DNA of 64,000 nucleotides from Tubiluchus corallicola (taxonomy: Eukaryota; Animalia; Priapulida): assembly GCA_030141605.1 (NCBI GenBank), contig JAQGDQ010000019.1, positions 372,001 to 436,000 on the forward strand, given 5' to 3'. The notes under the pieces were generated by a model, which saw only the letters and a program-made list of their open reading frames with translations, made no database searches and had not been told where the DNA came from. Below, in pieces: positions 52,210-64,000 of this stretch; positions within the stretch are counted from its first letter, which is position 1, and the number at the start of each line of letters is the position of its first letter. The translations under genes were made by a program, and so were the position numbers.

Positions 52210-52959
52210 GTCAGATGCAGGTTTCTTTTAGACGAAATGTTTCGCTTCTTATCACTAAAAAAGTACAATACAGTTGTATGAATAAGTGTATGCACATGAG
52301 ACAAGTGCAGTAAAAATTTTTATTATGTAAGAAAATTGAAAAATTGTTCTAAAGTCACTTTCGGATTTCCTGTCAAATTTGTACAATTCATCAATGGTAG
52401 CAAGTATCTTCCCTAATTTTACATCAGTTTACTCATACACATGCGCAATCACACTCCCACTTTGCCTTTTTTCGCAATATTAACCAGAGCAAAATGCACA
52501 AGAAGTTTATAAAAAAATTAAACCCATTTATTTGTATCATGCCAGTCAGTAGTGAATTTTAACAGCAAGTGTCTTCCAAAGTCTCGTTGGGTCTTTAACA
52601 AGATGCAGAATACACCAGTGATAATTTTTTTCTTTACCAGGTAACACAAGTGCAAGTTCAGTAGAGCATCATTTACAAAATCCACTGAGGCGTGAATGGT
52701 CTCTCAAATAATTATCTAATTGATTGCAAGTCGAAGGAAGTGCATCCCTCTACTTAACACAAAAGTTTAGAAAAGACAGACAATAGTGAAACTGCTCTAT
52801 AATTATTGATAAAAGTTGAAGCACCAAACGAGCAGTCATCTTGAGGACTAATTAATATTTCTCAATTCGCTTATCTCATACTCTGATAAAATTTGAAGAA
52901 ATTTGGAACCCAAAATTTCGCACGTATTTTCTTTTAAATCTCATTCCACCCGTTGTAGG

Positions 52960-53620
52960 CTTTGAGGTATCAACATTTATCAGAGTATTCCACCCTCTTC
53001 TATCTGAAGGTAACAGCGTAAGTTATTCTACTCATAAAGATAGATTTCGTTGAAGTTGTTGTGAACATATTTATTTATCTTTGCTATCCAAGTTGTTTAA
53101 CAGGTGGTTTTTTTGCAAGGTTTTAAAGGCTTCCTTTAAGACGATTCTTATTGGTGCTTCATTTGGTAATCTTAGAAGATGTCCTAGCTATCTTAATCTT
53201 CGGATCTTGACTTTTGAACTCCAATAAATTTCTTTTGTTCTGGTGTATAAATCTTTATTTTTGATTATGTATGGCCATCTTATCTTTAAACTTTTCTAAA
53301 TAAGAAGACTTCTATGAAATGTGTCATCTGTTTTTCTTGAGTAATCGTTAAACCCCAAGTTTCGCTGTTATACATAAATATGCTGGTAACGTTAGCATTA
53401 AATAATCGAAATCTTACGTTAAGACTTGATTTCTTTCTAGTTAATACATTCTTGAGCCGAAGAAAAGCATGCATTGCTTGTTGCTTTTAATGTCATCTTC
53501 GGTGCTTAGAAAAGTGCCCATGTACTTGCACTTTTTCCAAGACTGATTATTATCTCTTGCAATAATATATTCTTCTGTTTTTGGCTGGCTTACTTGAAGA
53601 TTTCTTTTCTCTAGTTTTTT
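52960..53620 (-). mobile_element. Decayed RTE-like LINE ORF C-terminal region
   Basis: WKKCKYMGTFL, RFRLFNANVTSIFMYNSETWGLT and RRLR*LGHLLRLPNEAP on the minus strand, with frameshifts. Confidence 0.75.
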
Positions 53621-54292
53621 TTGGAAAATCCCTTTCGCACGTAGACTCCACTGGTTCTTAGGGCAGCAACATGGAAAACCTTATTGATCGATTTTAAAAT
53701 TATTTTCTAAGCAGGTCATAGATGTTAACATATAACATAACCACACATGTGTGTTAATAAATGCAACATTACAATAAATAATTGACCACTGCTGTTTAAT
53801 ACTTAAATATTGTTTTAAAAATTAGTCGTATATATATTTACCACTCCTGTTGCATATGCTACAGAACTGAACCACGAATAAGAACTTGTCTTTATTCATT
53901 CATTGGAAAATCTAGTAGTAATTAAATAGTATGACTAATTGGAAAATTTGTTAAGTTTTTGCTCCTTCAGACTTTTTAAAGCTTTTCAATGTGTTAAACA
54001 GTAAACCAGGAATTCAAGCTTATATTTATAATATGGACGTCACTAGCAAACAAATCTTTAAATGAGCACAATCCTAAAACTTTTTCCAATTTTGTACTGG
54101 ATTATATAGTAAAAACCAGGATTTCAAGCTTATGTCTATAAGAAGAACGCCTCCGGCAAACGAACACTTATCACGTGTTTTTAATGAGTAAGCATGTTTT
54201 TAGCTGCAATGCACATATAATTTCCCAAAATGTTATAGAATGTTACATACGAATAAAAAACAAAAACAATAAACAACAGAGCAATACACAGT

Positions 54293-55714
54293 TCAGTTAT
54301 TATCTTTCATTGAAAATTCGGTTTCAGAAGAAAAAGCACTCTCTGCCTGTGCTAATTTCTGGGCCAGAGACGAGAATGCGGCAGTACTGTCTCTGCGTCG
54401 TTTTCGCTTTTTCTCTGACTTCTTTTTCGTGTGCACTTGAGTGACTTTAGAAATTAATTTATCGATATCTTCGTCGATGAATTTCATATGATGGATCATA
54501 TCCTCATTCACATTATCATCATATTCGCCCAACTCATAGCAAGCTCTTTCAGACAAATTATCAAAAACAGAAACACAAGCCAAGTTTGAAGCAATCGGCT
54601 TGTCAGATAAACCAAACAGATTTAGGTCACTACAACTATGTTGGTGAACAATGTCTTTAACATTAAGACTGAATGAATTTTCCTTTTCCACATTTTTCTC
54701 AGTTGCCAAAACATCAGGACTACAAGGCATTTTACTGTGTAGATCTTTTTCAGTAGCAGCTTTCGAATATGTCTCTTTCACATTACCAATCATATCAGCA
54801 ATTTTAGCATGCATTTCAATGGCACTCTTGGTGTCTTTTGCACCGACGCCTTTTCTATTTGTGTTAGCACGTACATCCCTGCCTAATGACTTATGAATCA
54901 CAAATATGTTATTCTCACGAAAACTAGGCCTTTCTGTCTGGGTTTCCAAGTGCCAACTGACGACAATGCTTTCGCTAGATGGGCGAAATAATCTGTTTTC
55001 TGTCCTGTTACAAAAATCATTATCAATGGGTATGGAATCTAAGTGAGCATCTTCACATCGCTGTGCACAACTGTCGATTAACTTAGGATCAGTATTTGTT
55101 GCCAAATCTGTAAATCTCTTGAAGGTCACATTGTTGACTTCATTGCTATGAGCGTTTATTGTATTTGTGTCAAGGCAGACATTTGTATCCAGCGTTTTTG
55201 ACGCATAGTTTGTTTCACCGGAATCGCCACTACAAAAATACATTTTTTCACTTGCAGCAGAATCTTCAGCTAGGTTAAATTTTTGGCAACTGACGTTATC
55301 CACAACATCAGGCACAAGCACATTATTAGCTGTGCATAAACCGACATTCTTTAAAGAAACAACATCACTGATATTTTCCATTAAGTCACTGCACTCGAGT
55401 AAAGCATTCAATTTCTCTTCTATGCTTTTATTATTCTTACTTTGTCGTTGAGGCATCCATCCTTTTATTGCTTTTACTTTTTTCACTCGAGCCTGCTTTT
55501 TCTGCTTTCTTTTTGTAACAGTGTCCTTGCCAAAATCAATAAGCCGTTTTATCGGCTGCTGAGTTATCACACGCTTATGCCTTTGAGTGGGTAGTTGTGG
55601 TGACTTTTCCCACAAGGTTTCAAGTCCAGTTGACTTTGGCCATTTGAAGTTTTTGTTCGTATACAGGGCTTCCAAATAAGCTGCACAGGACGAAGTTTTA
55701 CGTTTTGAAGGCAT
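54293..55714 (-). CDS. Tantalus/PRR14-like domain protein, intronless CDS, 473 aa from ATG 55714
   Basis: 1.4 kb open frame in AT-rich DNA; in-frame TGA upstream at 55804-55802; splice acceptor at 55808-55806. N-terminal LEALYTNKNFKWPKSTGLETLWE...KRLIDF...KRKQKK resembles the Tantalus motif (LEEIYTNKNY..P....ETIFE...KLRRAVEF). Basic NLS-like clusters near both ends. Confidence 0.75.
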   Translation of the reverse strand: MPSKRKTSSCAAYLEALYTNKNFKWPKSTGLETLWEKSPQLPTQRHKRVITQQPIKRLIDFGKDTVTKRKQKKQARVKKVKAIKGWMPQRQSKNNKSIEEKLNALLECSDLMENISDVVSLKNVGLCTANNVLVPDVVDNVSCQKFNLAEDSAASEKMYFCSGDSGETNYASKTLDTNVCLDTNTINAHSNEVNNVTFKRFTDLATNTDPKLIDSCAQRCEDAHLDSIPIDNDFCNRTENRLFRPSSESIVVSWHLETQTERPSFRENNIFVIHKSLGRDVRANTNRKGVGAKDTKSAIEMHAKIADMIGNVKETYSKAATEKDLHSKMPCSPDVLATEKNVEKENSFSLNVKDIVHQHSCSDLNLFGLSDKPIASNLACVSVFDNLSERACYELGEYDDNVNEDMIHHMKFIDEDIDKLISKVTQVHTKKKSEKKRKRRRDSTAAFSSLAQKLAQAESAFSSETEFSMKDNN

Positions 55715-57104
55715 ATTATCAATGACAAATCGCCAACTATGCGTCTTGTTATAACCGCTGAGCCTCAAAATGAAAGCCTCAACAATGCAGTTTGCACACT
55801 TTCAGCTACAAATATTAACAAAATAATGACTGTCATTAAACTGGCTTAATTGACTGACTGGAATTGCAATCATAGTACGTAAGTGCATCACTGATAATAC
55901 ATTAAATACTGATTGACTTAACCCCACATTTTGGCAAATTTCTGAATCAGAATATGGCCAAAAGAAGAAAATACATTTGAGGAAAACTTAAATCTCAGCT
56001 TGGAGGCTTGGATTTGGACCTGGAATTTTTATTACAACTTACACACTCATCTTAGATAACTGAACCACTAAATCCTTTGTGTGCAAGGTAGGATATGATT
56101 CAACTCTAATTATTCATATAAGCACACCAATTGTTCCTGCATGTCCAAGTTTAAGTAGTAAGCTAGTGTGATCACTAACTAATTAGCTTTTTTATTAATT
56201 TCGAACTTGGAATACTCCAAGGAAAACTAATCAGTATAGTCAATCACTTAAATGAAAGATTGCAAACTATTTGGTTTTCGAATCTAATTATCTAAAATAA
56301 TAAAGACTAAAGGAAAAAGAAATTTGAAACAAAAGAAATCTTTGAGTGTGGATTAGAACTATAGTCCTTTGAGTAAAAGGCTTAAATTTATTTTAGAAGT
56401 TGAACATAGCCACAAAATAGCCTTCTTAGGTTTGCCTGCACTAAAACACTACACGTATCTCTATTATTTATTTATAATTTATTAGGCACGAAAATATATA
56501 CGCTTATACATTAGTAAAAGTAAACAGTAAAATTATATAGCCATGTTCAGTATGACGGTTTTGCTTACAAATGTGTGCCATGGATGACATCAACGAACTA
56601 AATCCTCGAACTGACCACTATGTATCATTCAACATTTCTTATCACTAAACTATGCTAAAACTTATCTAGTAAGTTATTTTCCTTGTAAGATAAGTAATTA
56701 GCTTCAAATTGTCTTTTAGGTTTGACATTTCTATGGCATTTACTGCATATTAGTCATTTTACTTTTCACCAGAAGAGGTCAATCATCTTGCTTCATAAAA
56801 GTTAAATAACCCTGATCACGTTCCCAGAAAAGCAGGGCCCACTCACTTTTTACAACATTTTGCCAAAAGCTTAAGATCAGCCATAATGGCTAAAGAAAGT
56901 AGCAAAATTCTTAGCGAATGACTATCTCCAGTGCATTGACATATGGCAAAAAATTCGCTGTGACAAATTTTTAGCTGAAAAAATTGAGCAAGGGTGTTTT
57001 ACTCTGCTTTTTATATTTAAATACATTAACAACATCAGCAAACCATTCCAGAATAACAGATTTACCTTTTTTCCAAATCCTATCATTAATTCCAGAACAA
57101 GCAA

Positions 57105-57260
57105 TCTAAAACAAATTAGGACAAATACCCACTATGGAACGAACTTTGTGATCAAGCAAGCAATTCTACTTTGGAATTCTCTACCATTACAGGTTAAACA
57201 AATCAAATCCCTATCAGCATTTAAAACAAAATTAAAATCACTAATATTAACCAGATATGA
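57105..57260 (+). mobile_element. L2/Crack-type LINE ORF2 C-terminal fragment
   Basis: IRTNTHYGTNFVIKQAILLWNSLPLQVKQIKSLSAFKTKLKSLI on the plus strand. Confidence 0.7.
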
Positions 57261-57721
57261 AATACCATCACACCAGTACGACAACATACACACTGATTCA
57301 GAATTTAAATATCCACGGCCATATTAATTAAATCATAATTTTTTCATTTTTTCCTGCATAGTTGTAAATATGTTTGATTTTATTTGTCGTTACTTTCCAT
57401 TACTGCACAGTAGTTTAGATTGCACTGATGCATTTGCCTTTAGCAGTGTAAGTTTTTATTAACTAAAACAGATTGATCATCTCTGTAAAGTTTTTATCAG
57501 TGATTATCAATGTATTTTAATGGCAAATAGCCGAAAATGCAGTCGAAAATCGAATGTATTAGGTAACTAAGGATTGTACAGAAAATGCAACATGAAGTTA
57601 AGATTCTTGTAAAAGACAGGGTGTAAACGACAAGACTATACACTGAGTTCTCCAAACTAGAAGAAGTAAAAAATATAATTAATGACAAAGGTTAAAGGAA
57701 ATAATAATAACGAATTAAAGC

Positions 57722-58087
57722 TATAAGACGTATTTATTTCACACATGTGATAGAATACAAATTAGCCACTAATGAAACTATTTTTTTATAGAAGAAAATG
57801 TGTGAGGGCAGCATTGTACGACTGTATAGGGTTCCTAAAAACACTGCCCTTATATATTGTTCATTTACAGAATTTATTTTTGGTAGATTTGCTCAACGTA
57901 AAACAGGTCATCATTAGAAAAATAATATTAGTATGTTTTTAGGCCTATTATAAAATTCAAATGCATATTAATCGATATGAATAATTTTTGGAATATGATG
58001 GATGATAATGGTGGGCAAGTAAAATTATGTTTCGAGATCAGTAAACTCGATCACAAAGGCGTCACAAAAACTAAGGTATACGAAAAG
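57722..58087 (+). repeat. Direct repeat copy 1 (~365 bp; partner at 62885-63246)
   Basis: Colinear, high-identity match from TATAAGACG..TTTATTTCACACATGTGATAG to GTCACAAAAACTAA.GTATA. Confidence 0.92.
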
Positions 58088-58457
58088 GATCAGCTATCAT
58101 ATCAAATTTGTTCGAAAGAAGATGATACTATAAAAATACTTACTGAACAGCACTGAATATGGAAAAAAGTGATAAAGTCGCAAAAAACTTTGATAATGAT
58201 ATATTAATTATTAATATGGCCCAATGAAACAACATATACAAGCTAGTTACACATACATGCACACACGCACGCAGCGTACGCGCACTCATATATATAGTAT
58301 TTGTAACCAAATTTAGTTTTAAAATTAGTAATCCCATACATTTCACTAAATTTGAATCTATACTTTGCCAGCGTTTCAAATTATACCACTCTACGCTGTT
58401 CTCCTCATTTCACTGTCTGCTCTACACTCGTCAACGACAGACGTTGAGGCGCAGGCC

Positions 58458-60990
58458 TTCAATTTCAATTCAGTTTATTTGACAAATCCTTCTCGTATAT
58501 TGGCAATCTACAGTTCTACACAGATTTATGTCGTGCTTCCGCAGTAGCCCCTCTACTAAATAGCAGGCACTCAAATAATCTAAGTGCAAGATACAATACA
58601 CTGAATCACTTTTCCAATTGATCACTTCACAATATTTGACACTTGTTGAAATCTGAATTTCCTTTCTGTAGTTGAGTAAGCTTTAAGCACCTGTTACAAA
58701 CAAAGTTTGCCCAGCCGGTCTTGACATGTCGTTGGCATCCACTTGCTACATCTTTAAGTTCTTTACCTCCTCTCATTCCAACACATGTTCTGTAGTGTCT
58801 TTTTCCTTATAACATATAGGGCCATTGAGGTTATTTTTGTTACTACTTGGGTAATTTCCTTTAACATGTATCATGTTTAGTCTAATGTGCATAAAATCTC
58901 TCACTTCAGTTTCATTACTAGTTAACACGTAGAATTTTTCCTGAAAAAAGCTTTCTTTCAGTGGTAGTGGCTGACCAGATAACCTACGAGTTCTTCGCTG
59001 CCCTTCTCCTTTGCTTCAGACATATTGCATGTATCCCTGATACTGTATTTTGATAATCCTTGCAGAGTTAATAAATAAATTGAATTGAAATTCAAATAAA
59101 AATTTCGAAATAGTTTCAAAAATCTTAGTTTTGACATTGACTTTTTTCTGTTCAAATTTCTTTTCTATATCTTCGCTTAGTATAAGTTTAACTTTTTTTC
59201 TATTGTGATTTAGTTATTTGTAACAGATCTTTTGCTAGGTGTTTTATTTGATAATTTTTAGCAATTTATTTGATTTCTCCATACCAGCAGTTAGTGTATT
59301 ATCTTTGCTTTCGTTCTAGTATTATCTGTTTTGCTAATTTGTCATCGTCTGATTATAGCAAACTCTCTAAAAACATTAATTTTTTGTACAAAACTCTCTT
59401 TTACATTGGTCATATATTTGTTTTGGCTAGTATTCCTCAATATGGTCTATTCTTTTTTTAGTTTTAATAGTTTGCTTAGTGCTTTATACTGAATTTGCTC
59501 TAATAGTTTCCATTCATTAACACTCTTATTGGTCCATGTTTCACTATTTGACAATAAAGCTGGTATAACCATTGTTTCAAACGTTTTTAATTTACATTTG
59601 ATAGCCATAGTATCCACCTTAGCTTCATTAGCAAAATTATTGATTTCCCTTACCATAAATTTCATTTTGATTTTGCTGTACTAGTCCATTTGTTAGTGTT
59701 ATATTTATTTATTCATCTTGTTTTGTCTTTTAGACATTTTAATCACCATATATTCACTATTCTTGATGTTAAAGATGAGTTTTTTGTCCATTTCTAATTG
59801 TTCACAATTATAAGCTACATATTTTACATCTTTTGATCCAATTTCTAGTATGTCATCTATTTATAATAAGGTGCCTACACTTTCGTTAGGTCCAAATTGT
59901 GCAACCCTATTAAACACAGAATTAGTAAAGTTATTCAGCAATACACAACACATTTCTGGTCCATACATTGTACATTGTCTTACTGATTCTTTAATGATTA
60001 TTTCACGTGTTTCACCCACTGGACTATATATTACCACCCTTGCATCTTTGTTCATTTTATAGGTTAAAAAGGCATCATGTGCAGATACTCCTGCATTCCA
60101 CTTTAGTACTATTGCAGCTTGTAACCAAAGTTTATCAAAACATTTTTCAATATCTCCAAAGAATAGGTATACATTGTTATTTACCATTTTGTTGCAATCT
60201 TAATCTAACACTGACCTTAATATTAATATTATTGGTCTGCAGTACTCCTGCTTTTGACACCACCACATTGTAGGTTTCTCATCTCCTCTCTAAGAATGGG
60301 TTTAAGGTAGTTTATTAGCGTTTTTCAAACAATTTATTATCTGTGTTCGTTATAAATACACTTCTTCTATTTGATATATCTCGTTTTGACCCCAAACCTT
60401 TATATATTGATTTAATCTTAATTTGTTTCCATTCTTTTGGTATTTCCATAGTTTTTCGTATTTTATTAAACATACAATTTAAGCTATTACCACATCACTT
60501 CCTGGGCTTTTAACATTCCATTTTCCCATCCATATCGGTCTCCTGATCTTTTATTTTTCAATTGTGTTGTTGCTTTTATAATTTGTTCATTTCTAATCTT
60601 TTTATTTTCTTTATTTTGTTTGGCTAGTTTTTCAATAGATTTCACTAAAATTCTTCTCGTTTTTGGATTTGTTCTTCTTCTTTTGACATAGATTCTCTAG
60701 GCTGTAACAGTTTTTGGTAATAGTTAGTAAATATTTGCTTCACCTCCTCAGCTGTTTCTTTTAGGCACCCATTTTCATCATACATGGCAATTGCTTTCAC
60801 TTTCTTTTAATTTTTTAATTTTTTGTAGAATTCCCAGAAGAAATTCGAATCAACACCACATTTCTTCAATTCGTCAACTGTCATGTTTAATTTCCTGTAA
60901 TATTGTTGATATAAAATCGAAAAACAGTTGTACTGTGCATTGTGTACTTGCAAATACTTCTTCAGTTTTCTTGTAAGTAAAATTTTACTA
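58458..60990 (-). mobile_element. Long decayed non-LTR retrotransposon (RT plus degenerate zinc-knuckle C-terminus and (ATTGA)n tail); possibly Proto2/RTEX-related
   Basis: FFGDIEKCFDKLWL, VRQCTMYGPEMC, FETMVIPALLSNSETWTN, MSKLRFLK, RLNMIHVKGNY and KDTTEHV. 3' end AATAAACTGAATTGAAATTGAA at about 58479-58458. Clade assignment uncertain. Confidence 0.85.
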
Positions 60991-62884
60991 TTCTTCTTGA
61001 GGAAAGAGGCTAGCTGACTGCGTGATGGGCTGCCTGCTATGTAAAAAAGTAATGCCTTTTTTATTGATTTATTGATTTTTTTCTCTTCCTCCCCCTCTGA
61101 GCAGAAGAAAGAGAGAGCGAAAGAGAGGGAGGGAGAGAAAGTGAGAGACAGAGAGAGGGAGGGAAAGAGAGGGATCCTTCTTTTCCTTTTGTTGAGGGTT
61201 CTGCCATTTGTTTCTTGGTCGTTTTACTCCAATGCGAGGTGGCAGATTTGGCACATTAAAAATTGCACCCATTTACGTGCCCTGCAATTAATCTATATAA
61301 TTACACATATATTATATTATATTATAGGTTTGTATGTAAATAATGCGCACACGCACGCATGCACACAACAAATAATTGCATACAATGCTTCATATATAAA
61401 TAATCAATACAGTATGTAGTAGAGATGAGTAGGACTGAACTGCAGCCTAGGGCGCCGTAACGTCTTGATACACCCATGCACACAAACTCATAATACATGT
61501 ATGATGTATGCATTATTACATACAGAGATTCTATGAAGCTGAGCCTACATATTTAACAGTATAAATTGATTGCCCTATATAAAATCAGCTAATTTAAGTC
61601 CATCAATAAATGAATTATTTATCAAGACTTCTTTGTGGATTTAGCCACAGGTGTTTTATTAGTAAGCTTACACAAGCATATTTTTTTACACGTAAACAAA
61701 CTGTATTTAATGAACAGTTTACAGAGTGTTATGACCCGCCTGCGGATTCTAATTTATGCGACAGGTCAAAGATATTTGGTGTGATTTGTAAATCGAATTG
61801 ATCGTGTTGTTGATCTCACAAACAGACACTTTATTGATGCCATTTCTTGCCATTGGTGATGAAGAGGATCGAGCGTATCCACGGTAATCATTGTAGGGCG
61901 CAGAGTACGCCACTAGCCAAATAGTAGAACACTTCCGCTAAAACGCATGTGCTAAATAAGCGGAAAAGCAGTGTCGTACATGGACAACCCAAGTAGGACA
62001 CTGGCGATTTCTGTCGAGAATCGATAATTTTGACATAATAAAACATAAAACTGAATTTGTTTTAGAAAAAAGTAACTTTATAATAACGATGGATAGTTCT
62101 TGACAATTTACGAATGCATTTTTTACAATAATAATCATCATCATTATTAGCTCCATTAATATCATCATAACATTAAACTAAGTATCTAGTGCTTCAAAGA
62201 GAGAAACACGTAGGGCGTATAGCTCTCTCGCCTGCTTACTTAGTGGAAAACAATTATTTGATCAAGACGTAGTGAAATGTATCACCTTCACCTATCTGTG
62301 AAGCGAGGCAAAATAAAAAGTGATAGTTATACCTTAAGCAAATGTTGGAATCTCCCAAAAACCGGGCTTATTTCGCTTATTGGCTCTTCTACTAGCTCAG
62401 AATAAGATTCTTTTATTTTATCAGATGTATAATAGTTAATAAATTGTTCAACGTGTATTGACATTTTCAATTATTATTATTAAATAAACAAGGAGAACGT
62501 ACGTTACCAGTACGATTAACCACTCAATTCGTGTACGACTCGTCCGACTTAGGCTAGCCTATGTACGCCAATTGTCCTACTTCGCCTAGTGTCCTGTTCC
62601 GCTCCCAACGATCATTATGCCCGTGACAAAACAAATCAGCATTCTGTGAGTTGCGATTTCACATTTTTGTTTTTACTTGTGGTACTAAATTCCATTGTTA
62701 ACATGGAGTGATATTTAAATGCCAAATTTGGCTCATTGCATTAGCTAGTTCTAAGGTATTTGGAAAAATATGGAAGCTTTTTATCCTTGAATAATTATAA
62801 GGTTTATTAATCCTTGTCGACCAAAAATAAGACTTTGTTATGGAAAAATTATGACTGGTGGGGGACTTTGAGAAGATAAGATAT

Positions 62885-63246
62885 TATAAGACGCATTTAT
62901 TTCACACATGTGATAGAATACAAATTAGCCACTAATGAAACTATTTTTATAGAAGAAATGTGTGAGGGCAGTGTACAACTATAGGAGTCCTAAAAACACT
63001 GCCCTTATATATTGTTCATTTACAGAATTTATTTTTGGTAGCTTGGCTCAGCGTAAAACAGTTCATCATTAGAAAAATAATATTAGTATATTTTTTATAG
63101 GCCTGTTATATATTTCAAATGCATGTTAATCGATATGAATAATTTTTGGAATAAGATGGATGATAATGATGGGCAAGTAAAATTATGTTTCGAGATCAGT
63201 AAACTCATCCACAAAGGTGTCACAAAAACTAAAGTATAAGAAAAAG
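62885..63246 (+). repeat. Direct repeat copy 2 (~365 bp; partner at 57722-58087)
   Basis: Colinear, high-identity match to 57722-58087. Confidence 0.92.
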
Positions 63247-64000
63247 CTAATCTTCAATGTGTAATTGCTCGAAATAAATGGTTCAGTTAAAAACAAGAAG
63301 TTCTGTTTAATTTTGAGTATTGATGAGAATGAAATGTAATTAATAGTCATTTGCATTATATCAAGTTTTTATCACTTTTGTAAGTTTTATCACTGAACTT
63401 ACCTCCTTGATTTTGCATTTCCACATGTAATGTTGTTTTAAATGTTGCCTTATTTATGCAACCATGCTTCAGTTTTTAGTTTGAACTCTTCAGCTGTTTC
63501 ATTGGTTTTTGTTTTACCAATTATTTTCATCCCTTGCAGCTGTTCTATTTCCTTATCAAATGTCATACTTTATCATTATTATTTTAATCTCTTCATATCA
63601 ACATTTTTCATAATTTTACTTTTTGTGCTCCATTAAAACTTTTCTTGTCATTCTCCTACCATCAGAATTTGTAAAGTAGTGTAAGAACATTAATTTCCTA
63701 TATTCAACTGTGTTTATCAGGGTTCATGTTCATGTTTTTCCCGTCGTACCCCCATATTGTGTTGTTTTCTTTTGGTCTAACCACTAAATTATTAAGCACA
63801 GCTGGAATACCATTGATTCATGTATTAATAATCTCACTTCCAGTGAGTTATAACCCATATTTCTTCCTTTCCTATAATTAAAGTGTCGATGATCACTCCT
63901 TTCATTCATGACACGTAGACTCCTGGTAAAAAAAATCACAGACTCAACAAGACATCGATGAGTTCATCTAAACTGAGTGCTTACATTAAATGCTCATTCA

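Noticed and set aside
54293-54430. C-terminal basic patch plus helix resembling a Sororin-like tail
   Set aside because: It lacks the conserved W and F..AE.F.L pattern; the N-terminal Tantalus-like match is stronger.
57722-63246. Direct repeats interpreted as LTRs of a retrovirus-like element
   Set aside because: No TG...CA termini, PBS, PPT or gag/pol between them; the interior is non-LTR debris.

Overview
AT-rich, intron-containing genomic DNA from an invertebrate animal (species not determinable from sequence alone). No prokaryotic features, CRISPR arrays, rRNA genes or tRNA genes were found. Genes assembled by hand with phase-consistent splice sites: two tandem clan-2 cytochrome P450 genes on the minus strand (one cut by the left window edge; one complete with 7 coding exons, 514 aa and a GC-AG intron); TIMM50 (minus, 10 exons, 398 aa) head-to-head with MRPS35 (plus, 9 exons, 343 aa), with 435 bp between the start codons; a GT10 alpha-1,3-fucosyltransferase with an intronless CDS (minus); and a 473-aa protein with an intronless CDS and an N-terminal Tantalus/PRR14-like segment (minus). 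Introns and intergenic DNA hold many decayed non-LTR retrotransposons, TIR elements (including a Kolobok-type element with a TTAA TSD) and microsatellites. The most striking feature is a ~0.5 kb non-autonomous RTE element downstream of MRPS35 whose 5' end is a twister-ribozyme fold starting at the predicted cleavage site, where the host target-site duplication could supply the missing P1 strand. Family assignments rest on recalled motifs, not database searches.
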